Part shown: positions 11,860 through 25,157 of the stretch, one piece after another | How positions within the stretch are numbered: position 1 is the first letter of the stretch | Layout of the letters: the number at the start of each line of letters is the position of its first letter | From: Octopus sinensis | Taxonomy: Eukaryota | Assembly (NCBI RefSeq): GCF_006345805.1 | Contig: NW_021834864.1 | Span: forward strand, 1 to 44,982 | Length of the DNA stretch: 44,982 bases | Direction of reading: 5' to 3' | Notes under the pieces: model-generated | What the model was told of the DNA's origin: nothing | Seen by the model: only the letters and a program-made list of their open reading frames with translations | Databases searched by the model: none | Made by a program: the position numbers and the translations under genes

Positions 11860-12600
11860 ATAGAATCCACAAAGATTAGGTTCACATTGAGAAAAAAGAA
11901 AGCAGAAAAAACAAAAGATATGAAGGACTTCCGCAAGCTCCCTAAACGAAGAAGAAGGCCATGTAGCGTTAGGCCCGGGTAGCACCTGTCAAAAGCCCAG
12001 ATATTTTGTAACACTCAAGGCATCTCCGTTTCATCCCCTTTAGAAGCGTATTACCCACTCTCGATCTATTCAGCTTTTACCGTTCTTAACCACAATTCGT
12101 GGAACATAACAAGAGGCATCACCCTTCTCTCTACTATCACTTTGGTCTTCAAGTGGGTCTCAGAGGTGCGCTTAACTGTGATATTTGAAGAATTTCATGA
12201 GGGTGTGGTCAAAGAGGAAAATACCTGTCTTCAAACTTAACAGACGAACCCACTGCACAAATTCTTTTGCCATAGCCGTCTAACCGACATCGAATAGCCA
12301 CCTTCCCTTGCCAAAGGAAAATGGCGCATCAATCTTCACTCAAGACTCAACAGACACCTGAATTCGTCTCATACTTGACAGCAGATGTCTGGCAGAAGAC
12401 TGATGTACGGACATTGGTCGATAACGTGTAGGGAAGTTTCTTCGCCCTGTGCACATCTGTTGGCAAATCCATACCTGCAGACTTAATTTCAAATAAATGT
12501 CATCTACGTGTAGTATTTCCACGCCAAGGACTTTTGGAAGTTGTCAATAGCCTCCAATCTAAAAAAAAATACCCCGCCAAAAATCGATCGCTTTGACTTT
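11860..12600 (-). mobile_element. Decayed L1/Tx1-like non-LTR retrotransposon, ORF2 C-terminus and 3' UTR
   Basis: Minus strand reads NFQKSLAWKYY..(stops)..RCAQGEETSLHVIDQCP (12458-12408), a C-x-x-x-x-E-T-x-x-H-x-x-x-x-C zinc knuckle as in L1/Tx1 ORF2. It continues MAKEFVQWVRL..LMKFFKYH / LKTKVIVERRVM, with multiple stops. Clade call is from motif recall. Confidence 0.7.
12152..12181 (+). repeat. 30-bp exact dispersed repeat, copy 2, inside the Tx1-like LINE relic
   Basis: Identical to 2336-2365. Confidence 0.97.
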
Positions 12601-12971
12601 CTCGACGACGCTCAGTCTGTCATTATTGATAATCTACATTAACCCCGTCTAAAATGCAAAAGTTGTTTTGCTGCCAACGGTCTTTTCCAGTTGGCACATT
12701 ACTGTGAACGTCTGGCAACATTCTCGATGTCGGACGTCGATCTTATCCTGACCTGTGATTGCAGCTCATTCAAAGACACGAAATTTAGATTTTACTCTTT
12801 CATTCTGTTTACTAATTTCACTCACGAGGCTCGGGCGGACCCGTGACTCTAGTAAAAGCCGTTTGTCCTAGACGCTACGTACTGGGATCCGATCGAATGT
12901 TGGGCTTGCGTTTGCATAAACGAACGTTGTTAACTATTCAATCATACTGTGTCCATATACTCCTCCACGTG

Positions 12972-13010
<39 letters not shown>

Positions 13011-13213
13011 TCACACACACACACATTCACACACACACACACACACGTACCCACGCCAGCATGGATGCACATTTTGTGCTTTTTTCTATATTTTAAGGGG
13101 TTATATCATTATTCTTCGTGTAACGATAAACCGTGATGTTGTGGTGTTCATGTCCTCGTTCCATAAATATAATACAATACGCCTAGTATAGTTGAAATGC
13201 AGTGAATCTAGAA

Positions 13214-13515
13214 CATAGGTTCTCAAAGTAGGCGCTACCGCCCTTCCCCGGTGGGCGCTGGTGCCTAAGGGGGGAGGTGCGGTAAAGAAGAAGGTGGCGT
13301 TGGGAGGAAGGCAGTGGATTGAGGTACGCTATGAATTCATTATAATATTGTTAAAGTATTGTATACAGATTATATAATATTATATTAAATATCAAATGAT
13401 TCATAGTGTATGTAAATTAGTAAAATATAAAATATATATTTATACATAAAAATAGGGGGTGGGGATATTATGTGGCCATGAGGGGGCGGTGACTCAAAAA
13501 GTTTGTGAATCTTTG
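13214..13515. mobile_element. hAT (Charlie-like) non-autonomous DNA transposon
   Basis: Degenerate TIRs CATAGGTTCTCAAAGT and AAAGTTTGTGAATCTTTG. The 8-bp flanks ATCTAGAA and TTCCAGAT (5/8 identical) both fit the NTCTAGAN target preference of Charlie elements. Confidence 0.6.
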
Positions 13516-13529
13516 TTCCAGATTAAAAG

Positions 13530-13612
13530 ACTCTTGCACAGAACACCGCGCAGTGGGGTCGAACCGAATACTTGCTGATTGCGAAGCGAACTTGTTAACT
13601 GTTAGGCCATAC
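13530..13612 (-). mobile_element. SINE family B tRNA-head fragment
   Basis: CACCGCGCAGTGGGGTCGAACC..GCGAAGCGAACTT parallels 7440-7495. Confidence 0.5.
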
Positions 13613-14802
13613 TTTCTATTAACTGTACTTTATCAAGGACGGCCAAGGGTCAATTAGTGCTGTAGGGGTCAGTAAGTGCTGAATGTAGGACAAAACATGG
13701 TGTCACATGCGCATGTCAGTATGTAGCTATGTTATGTGAAAAGATTTTTACAAAGTAGAGAGACAGCGGGGGGAGTGGGCGAAGATGGAAGGGTGGGGTG
13801 GAGTGTCTGTGGTTGGGCGGGGGGAAGGGGGTCTAAAGAACGGAGGTGGTGGTGTTTGATGGGGGAAGTGTTGGAGAAAGTGGGATGGTAGAAAGGCAGG
13901 CAGGAGGCGGCGGGAGTAAGTGGTGCCGATGGCGGAGAGTGGAGTGGGAATGGGGTGGGGTGGGGTGGGGTGGGTAAGGAAAAAAGAAAGACGAAGAGGT
14001 CGAGGAATGAGGGATGTGGTGGAGTGCAGCTTGTAGGGGGAGCGTGGGGGTCAACTGAGGGTGAGTGTTGAAGAAATAAAGGGACGGGGGGGAGTTGGTA
14101 GAGAGGTGGGGGTCATTCGGAGTGTGAGATGTAGGAAAAGAGTGGTTAAGATTTGGATTGAGAAGACGAATGGAAGAAAGTTGAGTTCTTGGAGAATGTG
14201 GTGTGTGGACAGTTGGGTGTGGGCGTGGGGTGGAGAGGGCTGGAGTATAAGAATAAAAGACGATGGTTAGTGGTGAGGGTGGTGAGTTTTGGTGGAGGAA
14301 GCGGTCTGTAGGGTGGTGAGGTGGAGATAGGGAACAAGAAAGACGGGAGTAGGAAGAAGCCGGAGGAGTAGGGGAGGTGGGGTAGAGTGAAGAAAGAACA
14401 AGGATGTGGTACTGGGGCGGGGTGGGGCGGTTTGAAGACCGGCTGGACGGTCGGTGGTTCTCCGTTAATGGACTCCACCATTAACAATCATTATTCGTTC
14501 CTCACCAACGAACCGATGTTCATCGTCACCGTCCAGTCGAACGACGCGACCACCACCGCCGCCGCCTCCATATTATCATCTTTACCGATGTCACAGCCAC
14601 CGACGACATCATCATCATCGTCATCAGTGTTGCAGTATCAACGAAAATCAATACCACTACCATTGCCACTACCATCACGGTTCCATAGACACCATCGCAA
14701 TTGACATCAACACCACATCACCATCTACACCAGCATCATCACCACCAATACTGACTCCACCACCAACATCGTAGATAACACCATCACTAAGATAACGAGT
14801 CC

Positions 14803-14932
14803 GATGTGCTAGAAAAAACAGCTAATACTCCCTCAAATAACAACCTAAAAGTAGGATACTTGGGATAACTTGGCCCTGGTTACTCTTTGTACAAGTTGTA
14901 GAAGACGGGATGGTCACGGCCGGAATGCTTTC
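14803..14932 (-). mobile_element. Dispersed repeat family D fragment (class unknown)
   Basis: Reverse complement contains CCAAGTTATCCC and TTTGAGGGAGTATTAGCTGTTTTTTCTAGCA. The first is shared with the copy at 15745; the second resembles all three other copies. Confidence 0.55.
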
Positions 14933-15162
14933 ATCATCATCATCACCACTATAACCACCGTGACCACTACAACGATGATTTCAACGCGGTCATTCTACTT
15001 GCTGGTAAGACCCACGAACAACTTTCAGATTATAAATTAATGTCCTAAAGAAAGGAACGACAGAGTCCTAAAGAAAGTGGTAGTCACGTTTGGAGGATCT
15101 GTGATCATATGTGTGTCAAACCCCCCCAATTACTATATCGTCATCAATCACATCACCAATAT

Positions 15163-15188
15163 TACTACTACTATAACTACTACTACAG

Positions 15189-15284
<96 letters not shown>
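15163..15284. repeat. (ACT)n-(GCT)n-(ACT)n trinucleotide tract
   Basis: Direct reading. Confidence 0.95.
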
Positions 15285-15744
15285 TTTTAATTTTGACCAA
15301 ACCATGCTTATGCCGTAGGCTCTATAATTTTCATTGCGTACAATTTTAAAAACAATTTGTCGTGATTTGAAACAGGCATTTATGGATGTTGTTTCTACCT
15401 TGTCAAACGGACAGGAAGAACAGAAGAGAAAATATATTTGGGCATTCGAGATTTATTAAAAAAGAAAATACAAAGCTTTTTGAAGCTATCACAAGCAACT
15501 TCTGTCTGCTGCAATTTCAGTTTTAGTAACTTATATATTTCTAAAAAAAAACATTGTCAAACATGTTGTTTGGAAGTCTTGTATTCTAAATATAATAATT
15601 AATAACAAATTATACATTGCTTGCTTTTTGGGGGAGCCATAAAATGGTACCCACCTTCTTTAGAAAGAGTACGCTAGCACTGCCGATAGTACAAGGCAGA
15701 AAAGTCTAGTAAAGGGATTCTGCATTTGCTACCGTATTATTGTT

Positions 15745-15890
15745 GTTATGGAGCCCCAAGTTATCCCTGATCAAACAGATCTATGATCAAAGACATTCAC
15801 AAATCTATCATTTATTTCTGCGCAGGCGACAAATCTGAGACCATGTTCTCAAATGGGTTCTTTTGAGATTTGGCTACTATTTCTCGCAAA
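15745..15890 (+). mobile_element. Dispersed repeat family D fragment
   Basis: CCCCAAGTTATCCCTGATC..CTATGATCAAAG..GAGATTTGGCTACTATTTCTCGCA. Confidence 0.55.
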
Positions 15891-16973
15891 CCTAACGATA
15901 GAGCCCATTTTTCTCAGAATGGGGCGTGATAGCGATAAGAGTCAGCTTTCGCTAACGAACAAAATGGCTGCCGTATATTTTAATTCGACGCTCAAACACG
16001 ATGTGCCATGGCTGCCCAGCCTCACTTTTATTGCCTTATAATTCATCCTTTACTGATTCTCTTTACTTTGCGCCGCCCACACAACCCCCAACCCACACCC
16101 TTTACTATAAATTCTGGTCACAAAGGTTTCCTTTGAACACATGGCAGCATACCATTCCAGATGCCGAAGAAATCTGAAGACATAAAATTCTTATAAATTT
16201 TTGCCCTCTTCTTACGTGTTTACCGAAATATCTGGAAACTTTACAGCTTGTGTGGTGGAGGTGGTGGCGGAGGCGGTGGTACGTGTTTTCGTGGGGGAGG
16301 TGGAGGTGGTTATATGTATGGTGGCGATGGTGGTGTATGTGTGTGTGTGGTGTTTGTGTGTACGGTGATAGCAATGATGGTGGGCGTAAGAGGGGTGCAT
16401 GTATGTTTGTAGTGAGTTTGTGGGTGTGGTGTTTGTGACGCTGTGTGTCATTGTGAGACTGTGTGTGTTTTTGTGCTTGTTTTCTGCGTACATCTCATTA
16501 GTAATGCTAATGGTGTGTGTTTATGTGTGTGTGCGTGTGTATGCGTATATGTTAGTCTGCATTATGATAATCGATGTATGGTTTGTGTGTTTAGTGTTAG
16601 TGTGCGTGTGTGAGTGTTGTGTCTATGTTGTTTGTATGCATGTGTGATCAGTATTGGCTGTATGTGTGTGTGTGTGTGCGTGTGTCTAGTGTGTATATCC
16701 ACGTAAGTGGTTTTACATGTGTGTTAAGCTGTGGTATGTTAGTAAGGTCTGTGTGTGGTTTACGTGTGTCAAGTGTGTGTGTTTGTATTTTGTTTGTGTG
16801 TGTGTGTGTATGTTTGAGTATATGTATGTTATGGTAGTCTAAATGAGAGTCCACTGAATATCTGTAGCGTGTGTGTGGGAGACTATATACTGTGGTTATG
16901 GTGATATGTGTATATGTGCTGTGTGTTTATATGTGGAGAATCAGCTTCTATTTCTGTATGTTTACGGGTAATG

Positions 16974-17036
<63 letters not shown>

Positions 17037-17740
17037 TATATATATGTGTGTGTGTGCTATACGTGTGTGGTTGTGTCTAAATGCGGTATATCAGTGAATG
17101 TATGTATGCCAATGTGTGTTTTGTGTATGTATGTATGTATATATGTATCTGTGTGTGTGTACCACTGTGTAGTATCTAATTTGAGTGTCTCTCCTCCGTA
17201 AATTCGGTGTTGTGTGCGGTATGTGGTGAGGTGTAGGAAGAGGTGGACAGAGAAATAGGGAGAAGCTGGAGAAGGAGACATGAGGTAGGGGGGGGAACTT
17301 GTAGAGGCATAAAGTAGAGTGAGGTGAGAGATAACGAAAGGAGAGCAAAGAGTCGTAGAGATGGTGGCGGCAGTGGTGGTGGTGTGGAAAATGGTTTTAG
17401 TAGGGATGGTGGTGGTGGGATAGGTGTTTCTAGTGTTGATATAGATCTTGCATGTGTGTGTATGTGTGGATATACACATACATGATTACACATCGTCAAA
17501 TACACACAGTGTGTGTATATATATATATGTGTGTATTTATATATATACGCACACATAATGGTAATATATAAACAGAGAGTTTGGTTAAGGAGTTCAACCA
17601 TTGCCAGAGGCCATTACGACGATAGGCCCTCCTCAACTTCTACAACACGTGTTTCGGTGTCACAGAATAGCGCCCGCGGCTCAGTGTCTGGGTGGAGTCA
17701 AGATTTATATACGGCGGTGCATGGCCATAAATATATATAA

Positions 17741-17771
<31 letters not shown>

Positions 17772-17923
17772 TGTGCATATGAATGCGTGTATAAAAATGT
17801 ATGTGTGTGTGTGTGTGTTTGTATGTATAAGCAAATATACGAGTATGAGCATATACACCGGCACACACACATTCGCATATATATATATATATGCATACAT
17901 GTGTATGTGTGCGTATATATATG

Positions 17924-17960
<37 letters not shown>

Positions 17961-18552
17961 CTGTGTGTGTACACACACACACGCACACATATATGAAATA
18001 GAGGAATAGATACTTGCGGACACACATTTAAAAAGGGGCTGGAATAGTTAGACATAAATAAATCTCTTACTAATAGTGGTGGTGGTGGTGGTGGTGGTGG
18101 TAGTGGTGGTAGTGGTGGTAGTAGTAGTAGTAGTAGTAGGAGTAGTAGTAGTAGTAGTAGTAGTAGTAAACTTTTGACAAGCGAATAACCTTCGCTGCTC
18201 GTTTCAGTAAGAACCCTTCCATGTTTTGTGAATTTTCATATAATCATTGCTGGAAAGTATTTTATTGTTATGGTTTAATCTGTTATTTCGTCTCTCAACG
18301 TTTCTTCGATAAATCAGTGAAAATCTGTAGAGAGAGCAGCGGTGATGCGAAGCCCTTGATGATGGGGGATAGGGAGTTGTTGAACTCTGGAAGGCAAAGT
18401 GTGGGAGAAAAAAACGGGATGAAATTTTGCAAACTCATCAAGAATTTTCAACGCTTCCGCTTCAATACCACCACCACCACCACCACCACCAGCATCTCCA
18501 CTACCCTACAATCTTAAAAAATATAAAGAAAAAAGGATCAATTGAAAGTTCT

Positions 18553-18815
18553 GTTGTGTCTGGGGAGAGTCATTCTCTTTTGGTGCCTTATAATTTGACA
18601 CACCGGTAAAATTTCCACTTATTACTTTTTTATTTTTCTAAAATTTTCGTTGCGTCTTGCAACCTTGTCAATAGTTTTGAAAGTCAAAGCTATTGAAAAG
18701 GCTGCAAGGCGCAACGAAAAGTTTAGAAAAATAAAAAAGAAATAAGTGGAAATTTTACCGGTGAGTGAGTTAAATTATAAGGCACCAAAAGAGAATGACT
18801 CTCCCTAGACACAAC
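18553..18815. repeat. Fold-back palindrome, arms of 128 and 132 bp, 3-nt loop
   Basis: 18553-18680 is the reverse complement of 18684-18815, with about 9 substitutions and one 4-nt indel by manual alignment. Confidence 0.95.
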
Positions 18816-20230
18816 TGAATATGCTTCAACACTCGAACACACACGAAGAATCTTACAAACCAAATCCAAAAACGAAATTAAATGAAAAATTAAGAGAAAA
18901 GACATTATCTCTGATGATATTCTGATTGTCATAATATGTGTTCGGTTGTTACGCCTTCACCAGCGTTAAGTAGAGAGAGAGAGTAATCAATGGACATATT
19001 TAAGATAATGAGTCAAGTCTGAGTGTTACGCCTTTCAGAAAATTTAACCATGGATCGAAACCAAAGACTCGATACGGCTTTAGCATTTCGAAACTTTGTT
19101 ATACACACAACCCAACAGAAATAGGGTCTCGTTAGTTATAATAGATATTTGGGGAGTTTATTAACTGACGAAACCATTTGAAAATGAGTTAACAATGTGA
19201 CGGAGAGGAATGTATTTGAATATGTTTATTTTTGGTCGGAACCAACTCCAGCATCCCTGGATGGGACAAATATGCAAGCGGAAAGTATATAATTCAGTAC
19301 TGTCTGACCAGTGTCCGGTGATTGGTTATAAAACCTGACCCCTGTTGGGATTACCCCGAGTGGAGTGTGTAGAAGTCTTACAAGTTAAAAACAAACAACA
19401 TAGAACCTATCAAAATTGGATGAGTGGCTTGAGGGCCAATGCTGGCCATTCGTAATCTGGTGAGATGAACATCACCTGAGTTACCAAACCCAAGAGATAC
19501 TTTAAAGGAAGTTACGCCAATAATTAATTCTACATTGGACCAATAAAATATATATAATGAAAACCGGATGTGAAGAAAAGTTGGAAAATATTGCTTAAAG
19601 AAAAATGGACTTGTGTCCCAAAGGCAAGAATATTATGAGAAAATGGAAGCGGAATTATTTCAAAATTTGGAATAATTCAGATGAAAAATGAATAATCTAA
19701 AACGTCATCAGATTTGTAGAATTTAGCGTTTTGAGGATTACCTTTAGTCCAAAACTGAGTAGAAGACTTAAGAACGAAGAATAAAATCCGAAATGCTGGA
19801 TTAAATTAGCCAAACGGCAATTGAAATTATGCAAGTCGCCGATGTACAATTTTTACCGTGTCTTGGAATTAATAGAGTCATTTAAAATTCAACAATTTCT
19901 GGGTCTTAATTCGTCTTAATTCCATTTAAATCTTCTTAAATCGTCTTCAGTCTTACGTATATAGCCTAAAATTTTCTTAGAATTTCAATCGGGAATTACA
20001 AATCAGAACAATAATCTCAAAATACACTCACGAGGAATCGATTTTGATGTATATACGTGTAGCCTATATGTGTGTGTATACGTGTGTGTACAAGTGTGCA
20101 TGTAGGTATATATATATATATATATATTGTGTGTATGTGTCTATATATAAATGCTTGCATGTGTGAGTCTATATGTATATGTGTGTGTGTGTGTCTATAC
20201 TATATACATATTTGTATCTATAAATATATA

Positions 20231-20279
<49 letters not shown>

Positions 20280-20829
20280 ATACATATATGTATCTATAAA
20301 TATGTGTTTCTATAGATGTTGTATATATATATGTGTGTGTGTATTGTGCGTGTATCTATGTATGAATATCTTTTTATCTGTGTGATTCTATACATCTGCA
20401 TAATGGTATGTAATTATGGCATGTACGTGTAAATGTATGCCAGTAGGTATTCAGGTATACATGTGTATGAAGGTGTATGCGATTCCATACATACATGTCT
20501 ATGAGAAATGAATTTTACCATAACTGGAAAGAGACTGCATTCCTTAAAATGCGAACTGTTATTGGATGTCCTGTATATATGTGTGTGGGGGAGACGGGGA
20601 ATGGGTGGATTTTGTCGATGGTCTTCGGCCATTCCAGTGCCAACACCCTCCAGTGTTTTTTTTCGCAGTTGACCTCATCTAATCCCCCCACCCACATTGT
20701 GTAGTAGTTTAACACGATCTCCTAAGGGATGTAACTCAGACGGAACTAACACAACTTCACCTTCTCATCATGAAAAACACCCGCTCACAAACATATATAT
20801 GTTTATATACGTACATATACATAGTTATA

Positions 20830-20897
<68 letters not shown>

Positions 20898-21195
20898 GTA
20901 TATATATATATATAAATACTCACACATATATATTTATACTAATGCATACATTATATAAATATATATTTATATAAATACACACATATATAGTTATATATAT
21001 ATAACTGCACATACATATATGCATATATATATATGCACACACACATTCATATATATATATATATATATTATGAGAGAGAAGACGAAGGTGTAAGAGTGAG
21101 GGTAAACGGAAGAAACACTACATCATCCATTAGAAAGAAACAATATTAAAGAAAATGGGAGAAAGTTAGGGCGATTTAGATAGGTAAATAGGAAG

Positions 21196-21252
<57 letters not shown>

Positions 21253-22296
21253 CTGTTGATCGTACAAACCTAACATTTAGCATTATTTGATGTGAGAGCA
21301 TCAAGTGTATTGCAGAGTTGGTCAATATATCTTGAAAAACCCTTCACCCGTGAGGTCGAGATAAGCAACGAATAACATATTAGCTGTGATGTCTGTTGGT
21401 GGTGTTGGTAGATATGGCAAGACGGTTGTCGAAGAAGAAGAAGTAGGAGGAGGAGTTAGAGTAAGAGTACGAAAAGTGGTGGTAGTAGTAGTGGTGGTGG
21501 TGGTGGTGGTGGCCGTTGATATATTTTCTCGTTTCAGTACAAACTCTCTTTGCAATAGTTTTGTTGCAACACCTATTAACACGAATCTGTGATTGGACAT
21601 CTATCAAAGTCTCTCTCTTTCCCTGTTAACAAACGCACTCACACACGTCTGTGTATATGTTCGTGTGTGTAAGCGTGTGCGTACGTGTATATACCTACCT
21701 GTGCATACACAGGCAAAATGCTCTCTTCTTCGATCGTACCTATAGAAGAAAATTTCTTCGTTTCAGTGAGTTGTTAATTAAATATTACGTATGTTTACGA
21801 TACTCTTAACAAATATTAGTCCCTTTTTACAGATCATCATGGTGTCAGCCGTTCGACATCAAATGACAATTCTTAAGGGGCATCAGAAACGGAAGGTGTA
21901 TTTGCCTTGTCGTCCCATCAATCGTAACTCCTCCCAGTACCCCTACATTCTCAGCGACCCCCACATCAATCAACAATGAAACTATCCAAATGATGAGATT
22001 TCCTTGTCGCGTAGGTGTTTGAGACCCTGCTATCGTAACGAAAAATTTGCTATATGTTTGTATTTCCAAAAACTTTGCGTCTTAATTTTCGCAGGATTTG
22101 GATAAAAGCGCTGGGGAGGAACTCAATAGGACGACTAGCTTCATTCATTCGCCCCTGATTTTCTAGACGAGTAGCAAAAAGGGTCAGGACGCTTGAGGCT
22201 ACAACAGGTATGCAATGGTATACCCAGAGCAAATCACCATGTGTCACCACGAACGGAGCTATATATTTCACCCAGTATTTATTATTATTATTATCA

Positions 22297-22350
<54 letters not shown>

Positions 22351-22813
22351 TTTTATTTTTTTTTTTTTTTTTTTCATTTTTCTGCCCGTGAAAACCTCAA
22401 CAACTGAGGGTTAAGTTTTCTACAGAAGATCCGTTAAAAATCATCTCTTCAAATAAGTAAAGAGATAATCTTTTGAATTTTTCTGCGAGTGTAAAGAATC
22501 GTCAGGTGCGACGATATTTCTTGGCCTGCAGATATCATTTGACCAAAGTGTAGCGCACTGTGGCATGTAGGTAGTTCGTAAAACTACAGCAGGTAACTGC
22601 TGGCGGGGGGGTGGGTGCAGTTTAGTGTCAACGGCATTTGAGCTATATGTGAAAAGAAATAGGCAAAGCCACTGTCATACTCACCTGACACCTCAAAACA
22701 GAATGACGATGTCATAACATGTATGCTTGTATAATACTAAGAATATTACAGAAAATACTGGAAGCATCACATAGCAGTATAAAATATAATACTTATACAC
22801 ACACACACTCACA

Positions 22814-22889
<76 letters not shown>

Positions 22890-23113
22890 TAAATGTTGAA
22901 TGGTGAAAATGAGAGCTCAACACCATATTAGTGAATATAATTTCTTTATTTGTAAAATAAGGCTACCATTGGTTTCATATTAAGAAAACTAGGAAAATAT
23001 CCGAGTGTCTTAACAATTTTTCAAGACAATCACTTGGAGAAAGGTGTTCCATGTTTCCATTTTTGGAAACATAACCTATACACTTACACACACACACACA
23101 CACATATATATAC

Positions 23114-23156
<43 letters not shown>

Positions 23157-23167
23157 ATCTCTGAACG

Positions 23168-23205
<38 letters not shown>

Positions 23206-23480
23206 GTGTGTGTGTGTGTGTACACGCACACACATACACACACACGTGGTAGATAGCAGATGAGCTTCAAAGCTAGTACTGGCCGCTAACTTTGAAATTC
23301 TTAGTGTCCATATACTCAGCTAGCTTAACAATTCTTAACCACATATTCAGCCTAGCGCACACATGCACGCATACACACACACACTCTTACATGTACACAC
23401 ACATGCACACACACTCATACACATATATACATAGTGATTTCAAATTTGGGCACAAAGCCAGCTATTTCGGGAGAGGTGGC

Positions 23481-23612
23481 TAAGTCGATTACACAGACCC
23501 CAGTTTCTAACTGGTACCTTATTTTATCGATCCCGAAATGATGAAAGGCAAAGACGATCACGGTGGAAACTGAACTCCGAACGAAATGCCATTGAGCATT
23601 TTATCCAATGTA
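23481..23612 (-). mobile_element. SINE family A fragment
   Basis: TAAGTCGATTAC..CCCCAG..AACTGGTAC..ATCGATCCCGAAATGATGAAAGGCAAAG..TGAACTC. Confidence 0.75.
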
Positions 23613-25102
23613 CTGTCTGTCACACACACACACACACACACACACCACCACACACACACACATGTTGACATATTTTCCTTCCACTCATCACACGCCATTC
23701 TCTTCTTTTTACAGAAACGTCTTGTAGTCTATTGAAATTCTATAATTTCTTCTGTTCGTTAGTGCGAATATGAGTAGTTGGCTGGCTGGGCGGTTGGGTG
23801 ACGTGTTTTAATACCTTCAGAGAGGCAGGTATCATCTTCATGCATCTGTGTCATTACCAACACCACATCACCCGATCACCACGGCAACGCCAGCTTGACA
23901 ATTACCATCACAACAAAAATCCTTACCATCCCTACACCACCTCAAAAGTGGCCACCACTACAATCTCCAACACCTGAGCAACACCAATGCATAATACCAA
24001 AATCACCAACACTGCAAACAACAACAGCAAAGAAGCAATAGTGACCACCACCACAAGAGTACCATAGCATTAGTACTCCTAACGCCACTAGCGACATCAC
24101 CATCTTTAACACCTGAATACCACCACCACGATTACCATCATCACCAACACCCAAACTATAACATATCTAAAAATTTACACATTTATATGGAGCAAGATTT
24201 ATGGTTCTTTACGGTGAAGTATGGTGTGCAGAAAGAAAAGTTAAGAATTAGGGGATGAGCATGTGTGTAAAGGGTAATTGTACACGGAGGCGGGCATGTC
24301 TTCGTTGCTTCTGTGAATCGTGCCATTTGTGGAATTGCTGTGACAGTGAGGAATTATGGGAAAGCATTCTTTTGTGAAGAAATTGCTAAAAAGATTAAAG
24401 TACTAAAACTGTATGAATATGTGGGTAGGAAGGTGCGGGTGAAGGGTGTGGGAAGCAGGAAAAAGAAGGGGAAGATTCAGGAGAAAAGACGGAGGAGGAA
24501 AAGGGGGAATAAAACGCCTACAATAACAACAACAGCAGCGACTACAACAAGAACATGAACGATAAAGCGAACATCAATAACAGCTTGAAAATAGTGTATA
24601 TATGTGTGTGTGTGTGTAATACACACGCACGCAAACACACACACAATTCCATATACATAAGCGCATTCATGTGCATGCACATATGTGTGCATCTGTCTAT
24701 CACGTTACATGCGTACATAAATACATACATTCATATGTACTTATACTCATACATGTGTGTGTATGTATGTGTGTGTGTGTGTGTGTACATATATTTAGTC
24801 GTATACAGAAGCATAAACTACAAGTGGCGAAAAGTTCTCTACAGTACGACCTGCAAAAGAAAGTAAAAAAAAACACACACACACACACACACACAAGCGT
24901 ATATATCGAACTTTCCTCCATAGAAGTGGGTTCTTGTTATCAAATATTCAGATATTCTTTCAAGTTACGTTGAAGGTTGTATCTAAAAGATATTTGGTAA
25001 TGGCCTGAAAGAGAGAGGGCGTTTTTTAAACAAAGGTGACATGCCGAAGCAATAAAAAATATATCGGTTTAGTGGTATTATTATTATTATTATTATTAGT
25101 AT

Positions 25103-25157
<55 letters not shown>

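Noticed and set aside
11675-11863. Acidic open frame ..EVDSDEAEKDNDNKGDDDFDDV..
   Set aside because: It arises from GAT-rich low complexity at the LINE tail plus a SINE-like scrap, with no start or good acceptor.
19140-19860. Complex-sequence block, possibly a decayed TE
   Set aside because: The frames I translated are stop-riddled and I could not recognise any motif.
21845-22069. PTRQGNLI resemblance to LINE APE endonuclease
   Set aside because: The following LDL and SDH motifs are absent.
22685-22736. Minus-strand exon candidate with CAG|gtgagt donor
   Set aside because: Ambiguous acceptor and no recognisable product.
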